Part shown: positions 56,897 to 64,000 of the stretch, piece after piece | How positions within the stretch are numbered: position 1 is the stretch's first letter | How the letters are laid out: each line of letters opens with the position of its first letter | Source of the DNA: the human T2T-CHM13v2.0 reference genome, Homo sapiens | DNA: 64,000 bases | NCBI RefSeq assembly: GCF_009914755.1 | Contig: NC_060948.1 | Reading direction: 5' to 3' (one strand) | Translations under genes and position numbers: made by a program | Notes under the pieces: generated by a model | Databases searched by the model: none | What the model saw: the letters and a program-made list of their open reading frames with translations, nothing else | What the model was told of the DNA's origin: nothing

Positions 56897-58999
56897 AGAT
56901 CCATATTTTTTAAATGAAAAAAAATTTCAAAGGTACTCTGCTTGGTACAATAATCAAATGTATAAACTGAGGAATAAAACATAACCATGAAACCTACTTA
57001 TAACTGCATATGGAAAATACAGAGGATAATTTTTTAAATAACATATTTTGAAAGCCTTAACTAGTAATTTGAAGAGTTGGCATTTGAAAGGCCAGTATGA
57101 ATATACCTTCAAAGCAGCAACACAGGTTCCCCATGAGAAAAAGCAAACACAGGGAAAATAAAAACACAAAGGTTCAATCTCTTCTGACCTTTGAAAGACA
57201 CAGCACAGACAGTGGTCCTTAGGACGAAGAGCAGGAGACCCCTAATTCCGTCACCATGGCGATAGGGCATAAACATTGCTGGGTGAGGGCACAATCCACA
57301 TTGTGAGGTCCAACTGCTGCCAGGAAGACAGGAGTGCTTTTACATAGACCGAAAGGTCATTGAAGGCTCAGAGTTTTCTTTCAAGAACTGAATCCCAAGC
57401 CCACACGTTATTAGGCTGCGCTTCTTAAAACAAGTGATGAGATGGGAAAAAGGGCACCCACAAACATACGTATACATTATGTATATAATAATATACAGTA
57501 TCATATATATAATATATATAACCTATGTATAATATTGTTTTACATCCTGCATCTTATGTTATATATATTGTATAAAATATAATAATTGATAATATATAAG
57601 TTTTATAATTATACAATATGACATATAGTATATATTATAATTTATGACATATATAATATATGTTATATATCATATATAGAATATATTATACGGTTAATAT
57701 ACGTATTAAATGTAAATTATACCTTATATATATTATATATAATATAACTGTTATATATAATACCCATTATGCATAATATATATATTATGTCTATGTTATA
57801 TATAGTATAAAACAACATATAATAATATATAATTGTATATATAAAATGCGACATAGAATATATATTATATTTTATAACATATGTAATATATATTATATAT
57901 TATATATAATACGTTGTATGTATAATACCTATATTAAATATATATTATATGACTATGTTATTAATTACATGTCACATGTGTTATATATTATATATTTTAC
58001 ATAGAATATACCGGTTACATACAATATATACTATGTTACCTATAATGTATAATTTATTACAAGTAAAATAAAGAATGCAATATATTATGTATAATTTATA
58101 ATATACAATATGTGGAATGTGATATATGTAACATATAATATATGATATATGATATACAGTATATGATATATAACATACAATATATGATTCCTAATATATA
58201 TGGTATACAATATATATTTTATGATATGTATTCTATATGTTTTATATTCTGTTATATATAACTATTTGAAATTATATATAACTGTATAATATTTTATGTA
58301 AATATGTAATATAATATATATAACTATATAATATATTATATATAACTATATATTATGTTATGTATACTTTTATAACATAATTTACATAAAATATCATAAT
58401 ATAATATATATTATATTATTTCATATTACATAATATATATTACATATCACCCAATATAACTAACATACCTAATATTATAATATAGATTATATTATGTTAT
58501 ATTAAATATCATATATATCATGTATCATATATTCTATAATATATATTACACATTATATAATATGTATGCTGTCTATTATGTGATATATATAACTATATAT
58601 AATTATATTTTTATACATATAACTAGATAAACATGTAATTCTACATATTTTCATTTATAATATGTAGAATTATATAATCATATATAATTATTTATATTCT
58701 ATAAAAAATTTTATCATTATATAAATTATAATATATAAAAATTATAATATGTACTACAAATATATATATTATATATCATATATGATATAGTACCTTTGTT
58801 ATATATCATAATACATATAAATGTGTATTATGTTATCTATAATTATATAATTTCATATATAAGGTGTATAATATGTATCATATATTATATATGTTATGTA
58901 ATATATATAGTATATATAAGATGACACAGGATAAATATTATATACTATGACATATAAAATATATGAGGTTATATGTTACATATAAGGCATAGCACATAA

Positions 59000-59314
<315 letters not shown>

Positions 59315-61419
59315 AGATCCGTATTTTTTAAATGAAAAAAAATTTCAAAGGTACTCTGCTTGGTACAATAATCAAATGTATAAACTGAGGAATAAAACAT
59401 AACCATGAAACCTACTTATAACTGCATATGGAAAATACAGAGGATAATTTTTTAAATAACATATTTTGAAAGCCTTAACTAGTAATTTGAAGAGTTGGCA
59501 TTTGAAAGGCCAGTATGAATATACCTTCAAAGCAGCAACACAGGTTCCCCATGAGAAAAAGCAAACACAGGGAAAATAAAAACACAAAGGTTCAATCTCT
59601 TCTGACCTTTGAAAGACACAGCACAGACAGTGGTCCTTAGGACGAAGAGCAGGAGACCCCTAATTCCGTCACCATGGCGATAGGGCATAAACATTGCTGG
59701 GTGAGGGCACAATCCACATTGTGAGGTCCAACTGCTGCCAGGAAGACAGGAGTGCTTTTACATAGACCGAAAGGTCATTGAAGGCTCAGAGTTTTGTTTC
59801 AAGAACTGAATCCCAAGCCCACACGTTATTAGGCTGCGCTTCTTAAAACAAGTGATGAGATGGGAAAAAGGGCACCCACAAACATACGTATACATTATGT
59901 ATATAATAATATACAGTATCATATATATAATATATATAACCTATGTATAATATTGTTTTACATCCTGCATCTTATGTTATATATATTGTATAAAATATAA
60001 TAATTGATAATATATAAGTTTTATAATTATACAATATGACATATAGTATATATTATAATTTATGACATATATAATATATGTTATATGTCATATATAGAAT
60101 ATATTATACGGTTAATATACGTATTAAATGTAAATTATACCTTATATATATTATATATAATATAACTGTTATATATAATACCCATTATGCATAATATATA
60201 TATTATGTCTATGTTATATATAGTATAAAACAACATATAATAATATATAATTGTATATATAAAATGCGACATATAATATATATTATATTTTATAACATAT
60301 GTAATATATATTATATATTATATATAATACGTTGTATGTATAATACCTATATTAAATATATATTATATGACTATGTTATTAATTACATGTCACATGTGTT
60401 ATATATTATATATTTTACATAGAATATACCGGTTACATACAATATATACTATGTTACCTATAATGTATAATTTATTACATGTAAAATAAAGAATGCAATA
60501 TATTATGTATAATTTATAATATACAATATGTGGAATGTGATATATGTAACATATAATATATGATATATGATATACAGTATATGATATATAACATACAATA
60601 TATGATTCCTAATATATATGGTATACAATATATATTTTATGATATGTATTCTATATGTTTTATATTCTGTTATATATAACTATTTGAAATTATATATAAC
60701 TGTATAATATTTTATGTAAATATGTAATATAATATATATAACTATATAATATATTATATATAACTATATATTATGTTATGTATACTTTTATAACATAATT
60801 TACATAAAATATCATAATATAATATATATTATATTATTTCATATTACATAATATATATTACATATCACCCAATATAACTAACATACATAATATTATAATA
60901 TAGATTATATTATGTTATATTAAATATCATATATATCATGTATCATATATTCTATAATATATATTACACATTATATAATATGTATGCTGTCTATTATGTG
61001 ATATATATAACTATATATATAATTATATTTTTATACATATAACTAGATAAACATGTAATTCTACATATTTTCATTTATAATATGTAGAATTATATAATCA
61101 TATATAATTCTTTATATTCTATAAAAAATTTTATCATTATATAAATTATAATATATAAAAATTATAATATGTACTACAAATATATATATTATATATCATA
61201 TATGATATAGTACCTTTGTTATATATCATAATACATATAAATGTGTATTATGTTATCTATAATTATATAATTTCATATATAAGGTGTATAATATGTATCA
61301 TATATTATATATGTTATGTAATATATATAGTATATATAAGATGACACAGGATAAATATTATATACTATGACATATAAAATATATGAGGTTATATGTTACA
61401 TATAAGGCATAGCACATAA

Positions 61420-61734
<315 letters not shown>

Positions 61735-63837
61735 AGATCCATATTTTTTAAATGAAAAAAAATTTCAAAGGTACTCTGCTTGGTACAATAATCAAATGTA
61801 TAAACTGAGGAATAAAACATAACCATGAAACCTACTTATAACTGCATATGGAAAATACAGAGGATAATTTTTTAAATAACATATTTTGAAAGCCTTAACT
61901 AGTAATTTGAAGAGTTGGCATTTGAAAGGCCAGTATGAATATACCTTCAAAGCAGCAACACAGGTTCCCCATGAGAAAAAGCAAACACAGGGAAAATAAA
62001 AACACAAAGGTTCAATCTCTTCTGACCTTTGAAAGACACAGCACAGACAGTGGTCCTTAGGACGAAGAGCAGGAGACCCCTAATTCCGTCACCATGGCGA
62101 TAGGGCATAAACATTGCTGGGTGAGGGCACAATCCACATTGTGAGGTCCAACTGCTGCCAGGAAGACAGGAGTGCTTTTACATAGACCGAAAGGTCATTG
62201 AAGGCTCAGAGTTTTGTTTCAAGAACTGAATCCCAAGCCCACACGTTATTAGGCTGCGCTTCTTAAAACAAGTGATGAGATGGGAAAAAGGGCACCCACA
62301 AACATACGTATACATTATGTATATAATAATATACAGTATCATATATATAATATATATAACCTATGTATAATATTGTTTTACATCCTGCATCTTATGTTAT
62401 ATATATTGTATAAAATATAATAATTGATAATATATAAGTTTTATAATTATACAATATGACATATAGTATATATTATAATTTATGACATATATAATACATG
62501 TTATATATCATATATAGAATATATTATACGGTTAATATACGTATTAAATGTAAATTATACCTTATATATATTATATATAATATAACTGTTATATATAATA
62601 CCCATTATGCATAATATATATATTATGTCTATGTTATATATAGTATAAAACAACATATAATAATATATAATTGTATATATAAAATGCGACATATAATATA
62701 TATTATATTTTATAACATATGTAATATATATTATATATTATATATAATACGTTGTATGTATAATACCTATATTAAATATATATTATATGACTATGTTATT
62801 AATTACATGTCACATGTGTTATATATTATATATTTTACATAGAATATACCGGTTACATACAATATATACTATGTTACCTATAATGTATAATTTATTACAA
62901 GTAAAATAAAGAATGCAATATATTATGTATAATTTATAATATACAATATGTGGAATGTGATATATGTAACATATAATATATGATATATGATATACAGTAT
63001 ATGATATATAACATACAATATATGATTCCTAATATATATGGTATACAATATATATTTTATGATATGTATTCTATATGTTTTATATTCTGTTATATATAAC
63101 TATTTGAAATTATATATAACTGTATAATATTTTATGTAAATATGTAATATAATATATATAACTATATAATATATTATATATAACTATATATTATGTTATG
63201 TATACTTTTATAACATAATTTACATAAAATATCATAATATAATATATATTATATTATTTCATATTACATAATATATATTACATATCACCCAATATAACTA
63301 ACATACCTAATATTATAATATAGATTATATTATGTTATATTAAATATCATATATATCATGTATCATATATTCTATAATATATATTACACATTATATAATA
63401 TGTATGCTGTCTATTATGTGATATATATAACTATATATAATTATATTTTTATACATATAACTAGATAAACATGTAATTCTACATATTTTCATTTATAATA
63501 TGTAGAATTATATAATCATATATAATTATTTATATTCTATAAAAAATTTTATCATTATATAAATTATAATATATAAAAATTATAATATGTACTACAAATA
63601 TATATATTATATATCATATATGATATAGTACCTTTGTTATATATCATAATACATATAAATGTGTATTATGTTATCTATAATTATATAATTTCATATATAA
63701 GGTGTATAATATGTATCATATATTATATATGTTATGTAATATATATAGTATATATAAGATGACACAGGATAAATATTATATACTATGACATATAAAATAT
63801 ATGAGGTTATATGTTACATATAAGGCATAGCACATAA

Positions 63838-64000
<163 letters not shown>

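Overview
The whole 64-kb window is one uninterrupted head-to-tail tandem array of a ~2,420-bp composite unit: 26 complete copies plus a 1,097-bp partial copy, all in one orientation. Each unit has a ~1.56-kb extremely AT-rich degenerate (TA)-like domain, a ~290-bp diverged minus-strand Alu, and a ~570-bp more GC-balanced segment (HSATI-type). This architecture, the unit length and a predicted 2,146-bp HaeIII fragment match the known human DYZ2/HSat1B satellite, most likely from Yq12 heterochromatin; related HSat1B also lies on acrocentric short arms. I see no credible protein-coding genes, tRNA/rRNA genes or CRISPR arrays, and I cannot support a new biological system. The interest is in the array's internal structure: three sequence layers, a nascent 4,838-bp dimeric higher-order repeat over ~40 kb, several conversion-like tracts, a candidate target-site duplication for the founding Alu, and a candidate Alu cassette exon in every unit. 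Unit numbering uses starts at 1, 2421, 4841, 7261, 9679, 12097, 14517, 16939, 19359, 21779, 24201, 26619, 29039, 31457, 33877, 36295, 38715, 41133, 43553, 45971, 48391, 50809, 53231, 55646, 58066, 60484, 62904. Variants were read by eye and some may have been missed.
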